Positions 1-10,208 of a stretch of DNA of 64,000 nt are shown here, one piece after another (position 1 is the first letter of the stretch; each line of letters begins with the position of its first letter). Where the stretch lies: assembly GCA_965199495.1 (NCBI GenBank), contig CBDASK010000003.1:704001-768000 (forward strand). Direction: 5' to 3'. Under the pieces are notes generated by a model. That model was not told the DNA's origin. It ran no database searches and saw only the letters and a program-made list of their open reading frames with translations. Source of the stretch: Abditibacterium sp. (lineage in GTDB: Bacteria > Armatimonadota > Abditibacteriia > Abditibacteriales > Abditibacteriaceae). Position numbers and translations under genes: made by a program.

Positions 1-1108
1 TGCCCAGCAAAGTAATGCTTTGCAACAGGTTATGCGCAGCCACGGGCATCATAACGTTGAGTTGGAAGTTGCCCGACGCGTTGCAGAGCGCGATTGTGGC
101 GTCGTTGCCGACGACTTGCGCGCAGACTTGCATCGTCGCTTCGGGAATGACCGGATTGATTTTGCCCGGCATAATGCTCGAACCCGGCTGCAAACTGGGC
201 AACACGATCTCGCCTAAACCGGCTTGCGGGCCCGAATTCATCCAGCGCAAATCGTTGGCGATTTTAAACAGCGAAGTCGCCAGAGTTTTGAGTTGGCCGC
301 TCATTTCGACGGCGGCATCGAGCGTCGCCTGCGCCGCGAAATGGTTGCGCGTTTCGCGAAACGGAATGTTGGTAATAAGTTCGAGTTTGCGCGACATCAA
401 ATGCCCAAATTCGGGATGCGCGTTGATGCCGGTTCCAATCGCGGTGCCGCCAATCGCCAGTTCGTGCAGACGCGGCAGACTCGATAAAATCCGCTCGGTC
501 GATTGCTCGATTTGCGCGCGCCAACCGCTGATTTCCTGCGCCAAAGTCATTGGCATCGCGTCCATCAAATGCGTGCGGCCGGTTTTCACGACATCTTGCG
601 TCTCGAATTCGCGCTGATTCAAAGCGCCGCGCAAACGTTGCAAACCGGGCAACAGATTGTCGGCGATCTCCATCGCCGCCGCCACGTAAATCGCCGTCGG
701 AATCACGTCGTTACTCGATTGTCCGTTGTTCACGTCATCGTTGGGATGAACTTTCAAACCGTCTTTCGACGCCAAATTTGCGATGACTTCGTTGGCGTTC
801 ATGTTGGTCGAAGTGCCGCTTCCGGTCTGGAAAATATCAATCGGGAATTGATCGTCATAGCCGCCGCGCGAAACTTCGAGAGCCGCATCGCTAATCGCCT
901 TGGCTTTGTCGGCGGGCAGAATTTCCAGATCGGCGTTGACCTGCGCCGCCGCCGCTTTGACGATGCCCAGCGCGCGGATAAAACTGCGCGGAAAAGTAAT
1001 GCCCGAAATCGGGAAGTTTTCGACCGCGCGCTGAGTTTGCGCGGCGTAGAGAGCGTCGGCGGGCACTTGCATTTCGCCCATCGAATCTTTTTCAATGCGA
1101 TATTCCAT
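1..1108 (-). CDS. fumC: Class II fumarate hydratase, 5' part (runs off window start)
   Basis: Minus-strand translation from ATG at 1108: MEYRIEKDSMGEMQVPADALYAAQTQRAVENFPISG, then FQTGSGTSTNMNANEV and HPNDDVN motifs. Missing from the ORF track because there is no stop inside the window. Confidence 0.93.
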   Translation of the reverse strand, partial: MEYRIEKDSMGEMQVPADALYAAQTQRAVENFPISGITFPRSFIRALGIVKAAAAQVNADLEILPADKAKAISDAALEVSRGGYDDQFPIDIFQTGSGTSTNMNANEVIANLASKDGLKVHPNDDVNNGQSSNDVIPTAIYVAAAMEIADNLLPGLQRLRGALNQREFETQDVVKTGRTHLMDAMPMTLAQEISGWRAQIEQSTERILSSLPRLHELAIGGTAIGTGINAHPEFGHLMSRKLELITNIPFRETRNHFAAQATLDAAVEMSGQLKTLATSLFKIANDLRWMNSGPQAGLGEIVLPSLQPGSSIMPGKINPVIPEATMQVCAQVVGNDATIALCNASGNFQLNVMMPVAAHNLLQSITLLG

Positions 1109-1200
1109 AAGTATTGTTGAACCGACGCGCAAACTCGGCGTCGCTTTGCGGTTGACAGTTTAGGCAATCGCCACACCCACGCGGGGCGCCCAACAATTTC

Positions 1201-2490
1201 ATGAAAACTCTACTTTTAGCTACCGTTTTAATAGCAGCCACGGGCGCCGTGGCTGCTCCCGACGCGCCAGCGAATAATGCGCCCGCAGCGCAAACGGCGC
1301 CCGCCATCGCGCTTTCGGCTTACGATCAATTGACTTTAACCGCAAAAGCGCAATTCGATGCCAAAGATTTCGCGGGCGCACAAAAATCAGTCGAAGAGTC
1401 GTTAGAATTGGCTCAAACGCCCAAGGAAAAATCTGACGCTTTGCGCCGTTTGGGTCTGGCGTTGAACGGTCAGAAAAGATACGCCCAAGCGCGCGAAACA
1501 TGGCAAAAGATGGCGCCGCTTATTCAAGATTCTCCCGAAGATTTATATTCGATGCGCCTTGCCATCGCTTCGAGTTATAGCGATGAAGAGATGTGGCCCC
1601 AAGCCGTCGCCGCGTTCGTTGAACTTGTCAACGAACCGCGCGTTGAAAACAAAAGTTTATTTCGCATGGCTCTGGCAACGGCTTACAACAATTTGAAACA
1701 GACGGATAAAGCGCGCGAGCAACTGGCGATTGTCACCGCCGACCCAACTGCCCCCGCCACTCTGCGCGCAACGGCGCAAATATTTCTCGGCAAAACTTAC
1801 GCTGAAGCATCGAATTTTGACAAAGCGCGCGAACAGTTCGCCAATGTCGTTGCCGACCCAACTGTCCCCGCCGCTCTTCGCGGCCTGGCGCAAATATCTA
1901 TCGGACAGGCCTATTTCGACCAATCGAATTTGGGTGAGGCGCGCCGTAGCGTCGAAGCGGCAGAGAAAATTCCCGGTTTTCCGAGAGACTTCTTGATCGG
2001 AACTCAACGTCTTCTGGCCGAAATCGCCGAAAAACAGAATCGCCCCGAAGACGCGGCAAAGGCGTATTCTACACAGCGGGTTTTCTTGATGATAAAAGCC
2101 GTTGATCAAGCCAATGCCAAAGATTTGGAAGGCGCAATTGCCAGCTACAAAGCCGCCCTCAATGCGGGCACTCCCGAAATACCAATCGAACTCGGCGTTC
2201 GTTTGCAAATCGGCAATGCGCAGACAAAACTGGGGCAATACGAGGACGCGCGCGTCGAATTTCAAAAGGTGCTCGATGCCGCTCCCATGCGTTTAAACGC
2301 GACTGAGACACAGTCAGACAATCCGTTCAAGATTGGCGCTTACCTTGGATTGGCCAGAATTGACATCGCAGAAAAGAAATTCGATGTGGCGCGCGAGAAG
2401 TTGAACAAAGCGTTACAAATTCCTAATTTGCCAGAAAAGTCTGCGGTTTTGGTGGAAGATTTGTTGAATTCGTTGCCGCCGAAACCGTAA
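1201..2490 (+). CDS. Secreted tetratricopeptide-repeat protein
   Basis: Signal peptide MKTLLLATVLIAATGAVAA; repeated TPR-like helices, including a near-duplicated unit (DKAREQLAIVTADPTAPATLR / DKAREQFANVVADPTVPAALR). Confidence 0.8.
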   Translation: MKTLLLATVLIAATGAVAAPDAPANNAPAAQTAPAIALSAYDQLTLTAKAQFDAKDFAGAQKSVEESLELAQTPKEKSDALRRLGLALNGQKRYAQARETWQKMAPLIQDSPEDLYSMRLAIASSYSDEEMWPQAVAAFVELVNEPRVENKSLFRMALATAYNNLKQTDKAREQLAIVTADPTAPATLRATAQIFLGKTYAEASNFDKAREQFANVVADPTVPAALRGLAQISIGQAYFDQSNLGEARRSVEAAEKIPGFPRDFLIGTQRLLAEIAEKQNRPEDAAKAYSTQRVFLMIKAVDQANAKDLEGAIASYKAALNAGTPEIPIELGVRLQIGNAQTKLGQYEDARVEFQKVLDAAPMRLNATETQSDNPFKIGAYLGLARIDIAEKKFDVAREKLNKALQIPNLPEKSAVLVEDLLNSLPPKP

Positions 2491-2497
2491 TTTCCCC

Positions 2498-2604
2498 GTA
2501 GAGACACCGACCGGGTGCCCTCTGGGCGGATGTCTAAAAACATAGCAATTGCCTAAAAATGAAGCTATTCCGACGTTTTAGACGCGATAAATCTGCGTCT
2601 CTAC
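2498..2604. repeat. REPIN-like inverted pair of GTAG-type REPs (chimeric arms)
   Basis: Left arm GTAGAGACACCGACCGGGTGCCCTCTGGGCGGATGTCTA; right arm TAGACGCGATAAATCTGCGTCTCTAC. Both arm types recur elsewhere in the window. Confidence 0.85.
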
Positions 2605-2609
2605 GAGAA

Positions 2610-4160
2610 TCATTTCAGCTTTTTCCCCGCCACAATCCACAAACCCGTTCCCAATCCGCCGCCGACAATCACGACCAAAACGCGCCCGACCAAACGTAAA
2701 GCGCCCGCGTCCCAGCCGCCAACCAAACTCTGCGTTAGCATGACGCCGATAGCAGCCACGCCGCCCGACGCGAGCGCCACAATTAATCCGCGACCAAGGG
2801 CGCGCAACGCCATTTTGCCGTCTAAATTGAGATGACGCGACAACGAACGCCACAATAACAGCGACAAAACTGAGGTCGAAGCCGCCGCCGCCAAAGCCAG
2901 ACTCGCGCCGCCCGGCAGGGGAAATCGAATCGCGATGACGCCGAAAATTAGGAACAAAACCGTCGCCAAAAAGCCGATGCGAACCGGTTCGTTGGGCCGC
3001 TCGGTGGCGAAAAAGCCGCGCGCCAATAATTGTTGCGCGCCCAACGCGGGCAAACAGAGCGCGTAGCATTGCAGCGCCAGCGTCGTCTCGCGCGCGTTTT
3101 GCGGCGTGAAGGCGCCATGCTCGAACACCAAATGAATTAAAGCGGGCGCCAAAACCGCCGTCATGGCGGCGGCGAAAAACATCGCGCTCAGGTTTTTGGC
3201 GAGCGCCACGTCGAAGGTTTCGCGCAGTTCGTCGTCTTTGCCATCTATGAACAAACGCGAAATCGTTGGGAACAGCGCGACGGCGGTGCTGGAGGCCAGC
3301 AGATCGAGCGGCACCTGCATCAGTTTGTTGGAGTAATCGAGCGAAGTCGTCGAGCCGACCGCCAGAAATTTGGCGAAGGCACGCGGCAAACTCAGCGCGA
3401 TGATTTGCCCACTCGCCAGTCCCATAAAGATCGGCAGCAGCGACGCCGCCACGCGGCGCACGCCTTCGTCGCGCAAATCCCACAAGGGCCGCAGCGACAA
3501 ACCGTGACGCCGCGCGGCGGGCGCCAGCATCACGAACGTGCCGACGATGGCACCGCCTAGCGCGCCCCACGCCTGATATTCGATGCCGATTTTGGCGCCC
3601 AACACGCCGCCAATAATAATGCCGACGTTATAAAACACCGGTTGCAGCGCCGGAAACCAGAACAAACGCAGCGCATTAAATGTTCCCGAAAACACGCCAC
3701 CCACCACAAAAAGCCACTGCGCCACCAACAGAATCCGCAGAATGATCAAGAACTTTTCGATATTCTGTGGCCCGACTTTATCGGGCGCCAATAGGGTTCC
3801 GGCGGACGTGAAAGTCAGGGCGAACAAAATTAAAGTCAAGCCGCCGAAGCCGACCAAAATCAAAGTCAAGAGCGCGCGAAAAGTCAGGCGCGCGCGCTGC
3901 GTTTCGCCCTGTGAAAGATAGCGCGTGAAAACCGGCACGAAGCCGGTGGCTAATAGTCCGCCCGAAATTAGAATCGCGAGCGTATCGGGAATATTGAAAG
4001 CGGCGGTATAAGCGTCGGTTTGCGGGCCGCTCCCGAAAAAGTAGGACGTGACGACGGTGCGCCCCATTCCCGTAATGCGCGAGAGGCCAATCATCAGCGC
4101 CAGAATTAAAGAGGCGCGGCCAACGGTAGTAATTTGGTTAATTTGGAGTTCGCGGGGCAT
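2610..4160 (-). CDS. murJ: Lipid II flippase MurJ (MviN)
   Basis: LSRITGMGR, DAYTAAFNIPD, GFVPVF and LDYSNKLMQVP motifs; many TM helices. Confidence 0.9.
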   Translation of the reverse strand: MPRELQINQITTVGRASLILALMIGLSRITGMGRTVVTSYFFGSGPQTDAYTAAFNIPDTLAILISGGLLATGFVPVFTRYLSQGETQRARLTFRALLTLILVGFGGLTLILFALTFTSAGTLLAPDKVGPQNIEKFLIILRILLVAQWLFVVGGVFSGTFNALRLFWFPALQPVFYNVGIIIGGVLGAKIGIEYQAWGALGGAIVGTFVMLAPAARRHGLSLRPLWDLRDEGVRRVAASLLPIFMGLASGQIIALSLPRAFAKFLAVGSTTSLDYSNKLMQVPLDLLASSTAVALFPTISRLFIDGKDDELRETFDVALAKNLSAMFFAAAMTAVLAPALIHLVFEHGAFTPQNARETTLALQCYALCLPALGAQQLLARGFFATERPNEPVRIGFLATVLFLIFGVIAIRFPLPGGASLALAAAASTSVLSLLLWRSLSRHLNLDGKMALRALGRGLIVALASGGVAAIGVMLTQSLVGGWDAGALRLVGRVLVVIVGGGLGTGLWIVAGKKLK

Positions 4161-4259
4161 AAAGTGCGTTTACACTTTACTTCAAAATTCATCGAATGCA
4201 ACTCAAATTGTGCGTTACTGTCTAATGCCTCCAACCAATTGAAAGGAGGTAAAAAAAAC

Positions 4260-4568
4260 ATGAAAAAAATTCAAATTGTGGCGATGAGTGCGGCGCTTTT
4301 AGCGGCGGTGGCGACCACGAGTTTCGCGGATGAATTGCGCGCGCACATCAAAGCCGTTGATGCCGATAAAAATATCATCACCGTGACCGAAGGCCAAAAG
4401 GATTATGTTTTCAGCGTCAGCGCTGACTCCAAGTTCCTCAACGTTTTGGGCGGCGAATTGAAAGGCGGCATCAACAGCAACGACCTGAAAGCGGGGCGTC
4501 GCGTGATCGTAGATTACACCGCCAAAGAGGGCGTCATCTCCCTGCAAAGTCTGCAAATTCGCAAATAA
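4260..4568 (+). CDS. Small secreted protein, probable beta-barrel (OB-like)
   Basis: AGGAGGT SD before ATG at 4260; signal peptide MKKIQIVAMSAALLAAVATTSFA. Confidence 0.7.
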   Translation: MKKIQIVAMSAALLAAVATTSFADELRAHIKAVDADKNIITVTEGQKDYVFSVSADSKFLNVLGGELKGGINSNDLKAGRRVIVDYTAKEGVISLQSLQIRK

Positions 4569-4695
4569 TTCTTCGTCGTACGGTGAGATGTGTAGGCGAC
4601 GTTCTCTTCCAATCCGGTTCAAAGCCGCCTAAGTTCGAGGAAAACCCGCCGCTTGGAAGAGGACGTTGTCTCCCTTGCCTCAATACGGATTGCCT

Positions 4696-6447
4696 CTACT
4701 CGCCCAAAATAACCTGATTGCGGCCCGCGCCTTTGGCTTCATATAACGCGTTGTCCGCCGATTCCGAAAGCGAGGCCGCATTTTCGTGGGGCGGCGCGGC
4801 AGACACGCCCGCCGAAAAAGTCGAGAAAAACTCGCGACCGTTGGAATTATGCGCCAAATTCGCCCACGATTGGCGCACTTCGTCAATCGCGCGGCGCGCG
4901 TTGCCCGCATCGGCGCCGACCATAATCACCGCGAACTCTTCGCCGCCATAACGTCCGACGATGTCGGTCTGGCGCATACGCTGGCTCAATAAGCGCGATA
5001 GCGAACGCAAAACGCGGTCGCCGGTGGCGTGGCCGTAGTGGTCATTGACGGTTTTGAAGTGGTCTATATCAATCATCGCGAGGGAAACCGGGTGGCCCAG
5101 ACGGCGCCTACGCTCGATCTCAATGCCCAGTTGTTCCTTGGTTTTGGTGTGATTCAAAAGCCCGGTCAAACTATCGCGCACCATCAAGTTTTGCAAAACG
5201 CGGGCGCGCGCGGCGCGCGTGCGCACCGACGAAATCAGGTGCTGCGAGTCCACCGGTTTTTGCAAAAATTCGTCGCCGCCCAAACGCATCGCTTCCAACT
5301 GTTTATCGCTGTCCATTTCCGAACTCAAAAACATAATCGGAATGCCGACATAGGTTTCCTGCTGGCGAATCACCGCCGCCAGTTCGGTGCCCTGACAATC
5401 GGGCATATAAACGTCCATCAAAATCAGGTCGGGCTGAAAATCTATCAGGGGCGCCATGAGCGCCATCGGGTCGGTGACTTCGCGCGTGTCCATGCCCGCG
5501 CCTTGCAGCGTCAGCGCATAAAAACTCGCCAGCGTCGCATCGTCTTCGACGATCAACACGCGAAACGGTTCGGGCGTGTGCAAAACAGAGAGATCGTCGA
5601 GTTTGGCCAACAGCGCATCGAGATCAACGGGCGGCGTAAAAAACGCCGCCGCGCCCAGACGAACCGCCTGCAAACGCGCGCGCAGATCGCCGTTTTCGCA
5701 AATCCAAATCATCGGAATTTTGGGCTTGTCGCCCTGATGCAACAGAGGCCAGACATCGCTTAAAACCGCGCCGACTTGCACCGGTTCCGTTTGCGAACTC
5801 ACCATCAAAACGGCGGGTTGGGCGCGCGCAATGGCATCGCGCAATTGCGCGGCGTCATTGTAAATTTGCAAGCGATAACCGAAAGTTTCGACCGAACTCA
5901 CCCAACTCGGCGCTTCGTTGAAAAACTCACAAAACAAATAAATGAGCGGATTGGCCGGGGCAGCAGGCGCGATTTCGGTGGGCCTGACAACGGCCACGGG
6001 CGCGACAACCTGCGCGGGCACGGCAGCCACGGGCGCGAGTATCTCGCTTTGGGTCGCCGTAATCTGGGCGATGACATGGCGCAATTGCGCGTAGGCGGCT
6101 TCAATTTCGGCGCGTTGCTCGCCAGTGGGCGAGTCGTTGTTCGCCTCGGTTTCAATAATTGTTTTGAGCTGAATTTCGGCGCGGCGCGCGAACTGAGAAA
6201 CCAGAGAAAAACCAAAGGTCGCGCCCGAACCCGCCAAAGAGTGCGTCAGGCGATGCAAAACGGCCAGCGCCTCCGATTTTTCGGCACTCGCTGGCACTTC
6301 CAAATAACGTTTCCACGCAGTTTCGATGGCAGCGATTTTATCTTCGAGGCGGGCGCCATAAGCGCGACGCAGCAACTCGAATTTATCGCCGAAATCTGCC
6401 GCAGGCGAGAACTCGGTCGAAGCGAGCGGGGAAGAAGAGACTTTCAT
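4696..6447 (-). CDS. Diguanylate cyclase (Hpt - degenerate REC - REC - GGDEF)
   Basis: Hpt motif HSLAGSGATFG; REC VLIVEDD...DLILMD...FLQKP; I-site RQTD and active site RYGGEEF. Confidence 0.9.
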   Translation of the reverse strand: MKVSSSPLASTEFSPAADFGDKFELLRRAYGARLEDKIAAIETAWKRYLEVPASAEKSEALAVLHRLTHSLAGSGATFGFSLVSQFARRAEIQLKTIIETEANNDSPTGEQRAEIEAAYAQLRHVIAQITATQSEILAPVAAVPAQVVAPVAVVRPTEIAPAAPANPLIYLFCEFFNEAPSWVSSVETFGYRLQIYNDAAQLRDAIARAQPAVLMVSSQTEPVQVGAVLSDVWPLLHQGDKPKIPMIWICENGDLRARLQAVRLGAAAFFTPPVDLDALLAKLDDLSVLHTPEPFRVLIVEDDATLASFYALTLQGAGMDTREVTDPMALMAPLIDFQPDLILMDVYMPDCQGTELAAVIRQQETYVGIPIMFLSSEMDSDKQLEAMRLGGDEFLQKPVDSQHLISSVRTRAARARVLQNLMVRDSLTGLLNHTKTKEQLGIEIERRRRLGHPVSLAMIDIDHFKTVNDHYGHATGDRVLRSLSRLLSQRMRQTDIVGRYGGEEFAVIMVGADAGNARRAIDEVRQSWANLAHNSNGREFFSTFSAGVSAAPPHENAASLSESADNALYEAKGAGRNQVILGE

Positions 6448-6473
6448 AGAGCGGGGATTTTGACAATTTTATT

Positions 6474-6887
6474 CTAACTTGAAACGCCAACGATGTCACC
6501 ATTAGAGATATTATCATTATAAATGTTGGCCAACTGCGCCGAAAGCGTCATCGGATCAAACGGTTTGGAAATCACAGCGAACGCGCCCATCGCGCGGTAA
6601 GCCGCCACTTCGTGCGCCTGCGCTTTGGCTGTCATGAAAACAATCGGCAAGCGCGCCGTGGCTGGTTGGGCGCGCAGATGTTCCAAAACCGTGGGGCCGT
6701 CCATATCGGGCATCATCACATCGAGCAAAATCAAGTCGGGATTAAAGGTCTCGACAATCCCCAGAGCGCTCCGCCCGCCCGCACAAATTTCTACCGTGTA
6801 ACCGCCCACCATTTCGAGCGCCATGCGCACGACCGCCTGAATATCGGCATCGTCTTCCACGACCAATATGCGTTGTAAAAATTGCAT
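6474..6887 (-). CDS. Single-domain response regulator
   Basis: ILVVEDD, DLILLDVMMP, FMTA, ISKPF. Confidence 0.9.
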   Translation of the reverse strand: MQFLQRILVVEDDADIQAVVRMALEMVGGYTVEICAGGRSALGIVETFNPDLILLDVMMPDMDGPTVLEHLRAQPATARLPIVFMTAKAQAHEVAAYRAMGAFAVISKPFDPMTLSAQLANIYNDNISNGDIVGVSS

Positions 6888-6928
6888 AAATTTTTATCAA
6901 TAAACGACGAGCATTTTTTTCGCCGTCA

Positions 6929-7417
6929 TTATAAATACTCTTCGATTTCGGGTGCCAGTTGCGCCATCAAGTCGCCCAGTTTAAGGCGCGGGCGATGCAA
7001 GCGCGGCAACGCGGGCGGAATTAATAAGTTGTGCCGCAAAATCTCCGAGTTGACAGCTTGGATTGTGGTTTGCGTGGCGCGGATTTGCGCGCGAAAATCG
7101 GCTTCGATTTTGGCTGGATCGGCTTTTTTGGAAACCAATCCCGCGCGTCTAAATTCCAACGCGCGTTTAATTTCGTTTTCGGCGCGGCGCGTCAACGAAT
7201 CAATGGCGCGGGCGGCATCGTCCCACGGCGCACTCAACTGGTCGCTATCGCGGGCGAGTTTTTCCCGCATATCGCGCCGGTTGGCCAGATCGCCCCATAG
7301 CTTGAGTGGCTGGCCTTTACCCTTTAAATTCTCGAATTCGCCCCGCGCAATCGCTTCGTCAATCTGCTCCTGCGTCTGGCCGCGCCACCGCGGCTTATCC
7401 GGCATTTTCATGGGCAA
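6929..7417 (-). CDS. DUF1992-like protein
   Basis: EQIDEAIARGEFENLKGKGQPL motif. Confidence 0.75.
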   Translation of the reverse strand: MPMKMPDKPRWRGQTQEQIDEAIARGEFENLKGKGQPLKLWGDLANRRDMREKLARDSDQLSAPWDDAARAIDSLTRRAENEIKRALEFRRAGLVSKKADPAKIEADFRAQIRATQTTIQAVNSEILRHNLLIPPALPRLHRPRLKLGDLMAQLAPEIEEYL

Positions 7418-7503
7418 AAAGACGTTATTTAACGCGCATAAGTTGCAGCGAAAATCGCGGTGTAGTCAGTTGAATCGTAAACTCGAATGCCACTCCAAAA
7501 TTT

Positions 7504-8919
7504 ATGAATCTTGAACCTAAAAAACCTTTTTCCGTGCGCGCCGATGAAGCGGCCAACACTCCGTTTGACACAATTATTATCGGCGGCGGACAGGGCGGCG
7601 CGCTCGCTCGGATGTTGGGGGAAGGCGGCCAAAAAGTCGCGCTCATCGAAAAAGAAGCGCTGGGCGGAACTTGCGTCAATCGCGGTTGCACGCCGACCAA
7701 AGCGCACATCGCCAGCGCCAAACGCGCGCAGGACGCGCGCGACGCCGCGCCGTGGGGCGTGATTATCCCCGAAGTGAAAGTGGACATGGTCGCTGTGCAG
7801 GCGCGCACCGCAGAAATCGTGCAAGATTTCCGCGCGTCCATTCAAAATAAATTACGCGAAACCCAGGGCGTGACAATTTTGGGCGGGACAGCGAAATTCA
7901 TCGGCCCGCACGAAATCGAAGTCAAATTTCCCGATGGCAAAACGCTCGAATTGAGCGCGCCAAATATCGTCATCGCGACGGGCGCTCACACCGTCGCGCC
8001 ACCGATTGATGGGTTGGATGCCGTGGATTGGGTGGATCATCGCGGCATGCTGAACATGACGGAAGCGCCGGAGCATTTACTGATTTTTGGCGGCGGCTAC
8101 ATCGCCTGCGAGTTCAGTCAGATGTTCGCGCGCCTGGGTTCGCGCGTGACGCTGGTGCAAAGCGGCGAGCAACTTTTGAGTCGCGAGGACGACGACGTGG
8201 CTGCTGCCGTCGCCGACCTGCTGAAAGATTCGGGCGTCGAATTGATTTGCGACGACAAAGCCCAAGCGGTCGCAAATGTGGACGGCGCCATCGAAGCGAC
8301 GCTGGAAAGCGGCAGGGTAATTCGCGGCACGACGCTGATGCTGGCGATTGGCCAAAAGCCACAAACCCAAAATTTGGGTTTGGAACATACCGAAGTCGAG
8401 CTGACCGAATCGAAGCACGTTAAAACCGACGATTATCTGCGCGCCGCGCCGGGCGTTTGGGCGCTGGGCGACGTGAAGGGCGGCCCGGCTTTCACGCATA
8501 TCGCCTACGACGACGCGCGCATTTTGCGCGATATTTTGCTGCACGATAAGAAACGTTCTATTAAAAATCGGCAGGTGCCTTATGTGGTTTTCACCGATCC
8601 GCAGTTGGGTCGCATCGGCATGAACGAATGCGAAGCGACAGAAAAAGGTTTGAAATATCGCGTGGCAAAAATCGCGATTAACGACACCGCGCGCGGCATC
8701 GAAAGCGGGCAATCGCGCGGATTTTTGAAGGCGCTCGTCGGCGACGACGACCAAATTCTGGGCGGCGCGTTTTTGTGTTACGAAGGCGGCGAAATCATCG
8801 CCGCGCTGCAAATCGCGATGTTGGGTGGCTTGCCTTATACGGCGCTACGCGACGGCATTTTCGCGCACCCGACGCAGGTCGAATCGTTGAATAATCTGTT
8901 CTTGAAGTTGGACGAGTAG
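7504..8919 (+). CDS. Class I pyridine nucleotide-disulfide oxidoreductase (mercuric reductase/RclA-like)
   Basis: IIGGGQGG, redox motif GGTCVNRGCTPTK, GGGYIACE, C-terminal HPTQVE. No MerA C-terminal CC pair. Confidence 0.85.
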   Translation: MNLEPKKPFSVRADEAANTPFDTIIIGGGQGGALARMLGEGGQKVALIEKEALGGTCVNRGCTPTKAHIASAKRAQDARDAAPWGVIIPEVKVDMVAVQARTAEIVQDFRASIQNKLRETQGVTILGGTAKFIGPHEIEVKFPDGKTLELSAPNIVIATGAHTVAPPIDGLDAVDWVDHRGMLNMTEAPEHLLIFGGGYIACEFSQMFARLGSRVTLVQSGEQLLSREDDDVAAAVADLLKDSGVELICDDKAQAVANVDGAIEATLESGRVIRGTTLMLAIGQKPQTQNLGLEHTEVELTESKHVKTDDYLRAAPGVWALGDVKGGPAFTHIAYDDARILRDILLHDKKRSIKNRQVPYVVFTDPQLGRIGMNECEATEKGLKYRVAKIAINDTARGIESGQSRGFLKALVGDDDQILGGAFLCYEGGEIIAALQIAMLGGLPYTALRDGIFAHPTQVESLNNLFLKLDE

Positions 8920-8925
8920 CGATTG

Positions 8926-10182
8926 CTATGCGCCCTCGGCGCCTTCGACGTTGGTGGCTTCGTCCGGCGGACGAATTTCGCCCAGATAGCGCAAAAGCGG
9001 CGTCACGGTTAAGCCCTGCACGATGACCGAAAACGCGACGGCGGCAAACGAAACCGCGATGATTTCGGCGCGTAGCGGCAAGTGTTCGGGCAAGCCCAAA
9101 GCCAGCGCCAAAGCCAGAGCGCCGCGTAGTCCCCCCCAGAACAGAATATGTTGGTGCGGGCGCGAAACACGTTGTTTGGTTTTAATCCAGAACGACGAAA
9201 CCACATAAACCGCGACGGCACGGCCCAGCGTCACGAAAACTATGGTGACAACCGCCGGGAGCCAGACGGCGCCGATGTCGGTTTTGGCGAGACGAATGCC
9301 AATTAATAAAAATATCAGCGAGTTGGCGACGAAGCCGACGTATTCCCAGAACGATTCGACGGCCTCGCGGCCTCGGTCGGTGATGGCGCCGCACGAGCCG
9401 ACGTTGCCGACGATAACGCCCGCCGTCAAAGTCGCCAGCACGCCCGACAAGTGAAAATGTTCGGCCAGCAAAAACGAGCCGTAGGCCGCAATCGAAGTGA
9501 AAGTAATTTCGATCAGATGATCGTCAGTGCGCCCGGCGAGCGTCACCGCGCCGTAACCGAGGATGGCGCCGCACAAAATACCGCCGAAAACAGTCTTGGT
9601 GAAATCAATCGCGATGCCGCCCGGCGTCAAATGCGTCGTCGCGCCAAAGGCAGCCACGGCGACGCCGAAGATGACGGCGACCGTGCCATCGTTGAACAAA
9701 CTTTCGGCTTCGACCAACAAGCGCAAGCGCCCGGTCACGCCCGCTTCCTTAAATGTCGCGATAACAGAAACCGGATCGGTCGCCGAAATTAGCACGCCCA
9801 GCGTCAGCGCCGACAAAACCGGCCATCCGGCGACGTAGAACAATCCGGCAGTGGTTAATGCGATGGACAAAACCACGCCGACAGTCGCCAGCGAAATGAC
9901 GATGCCGATGTTGCGCTTGAGTTCGCTCCAAGGCATCGCGAACGCGGCCTCGAAAATTAAAGGCGGCAAAAACGCCGAAAAAATGACTTCTTTGGTGAAC
10001 GGCACATCCACATCGAGCGACAACAAGGCGAGGCCGATTCCAGCGAGCGTGAGTCCGACCGTATAAGGCAGGTTGAGGCGACGAACTAACATCGAAACCA
10101 CGGCGGCGATCAGCAGCAGAATCTCGATGCGCTCTATGCCGTGGGCGGGACTTAAAACTTCGGCGGCAGCTTCGTGGGGCAT
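8926..10182 (-). CDS. CPA1 family Na+/H+ antiporter
   Basis: FLPPLIFEAA, ISATDPVSV, EAESLFNDG, WGGLRGAL motifs. Confidence 0.9.
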   Translation of the reverse strand: MPHEAAAEVLSPAHGIERIEILLLIAAVVSMLVRRLNLPYTVGLTLAGIGLALLSLDVDVPFTKEVIFSAFLPPLIFEAAFAMPWSELKRNIGIVISLATVGVVLSIALTTAGLFYVAGWPVLSALTLGVLISATDPVSVIATFKEAGVTGRLRLLVEAESLFNDGTVAVIFGVAVAAFGATTHLTPGGIAIDFTKTVFGGILCGAILGYGAVTLAGRTDDHLIEITFTSIAAYGSFLLAEHFHLSGVLATLTAGVIVGNVGSCGAITDRGREAVESFWEYVGFVANSLIFLLIGIRLAKTDIGAVWLPAVVTIVFVTLGRAVAVYVVSSFWIKTKQRVSRPHQHILFWGGLRGALALALALGLPEHLPLRAEIIAVSFAAVAFSVIVQGLTVTPLLRYLGEIRPPDEATNVEGAEGA

Positions 10183-10208
10183 AAAGGAAAAGGATAGAAG
10201 ATTTTGGG

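Noticed and set aside
15..1120. Plus-strand ORFs 15-617 and 503-1120
   Set aside because: Antisense shadows of fumC on the minus strand. The same applies to most overlapping ORFs in the track.
4605..4670. Separate structured RNA between converging genes
   Set aside because: Imperfect hairpin (GACGTTCTCTTCCAA...TTGGAAGAGGACGTT), best explained as a decayed palindromic repeat or terminator.
7504..8919. True mercuric reductase merA
   Set aside because: Lacks the C-terminal Cys-Cys pair and the NmerA domain, and there is no mer operon context.
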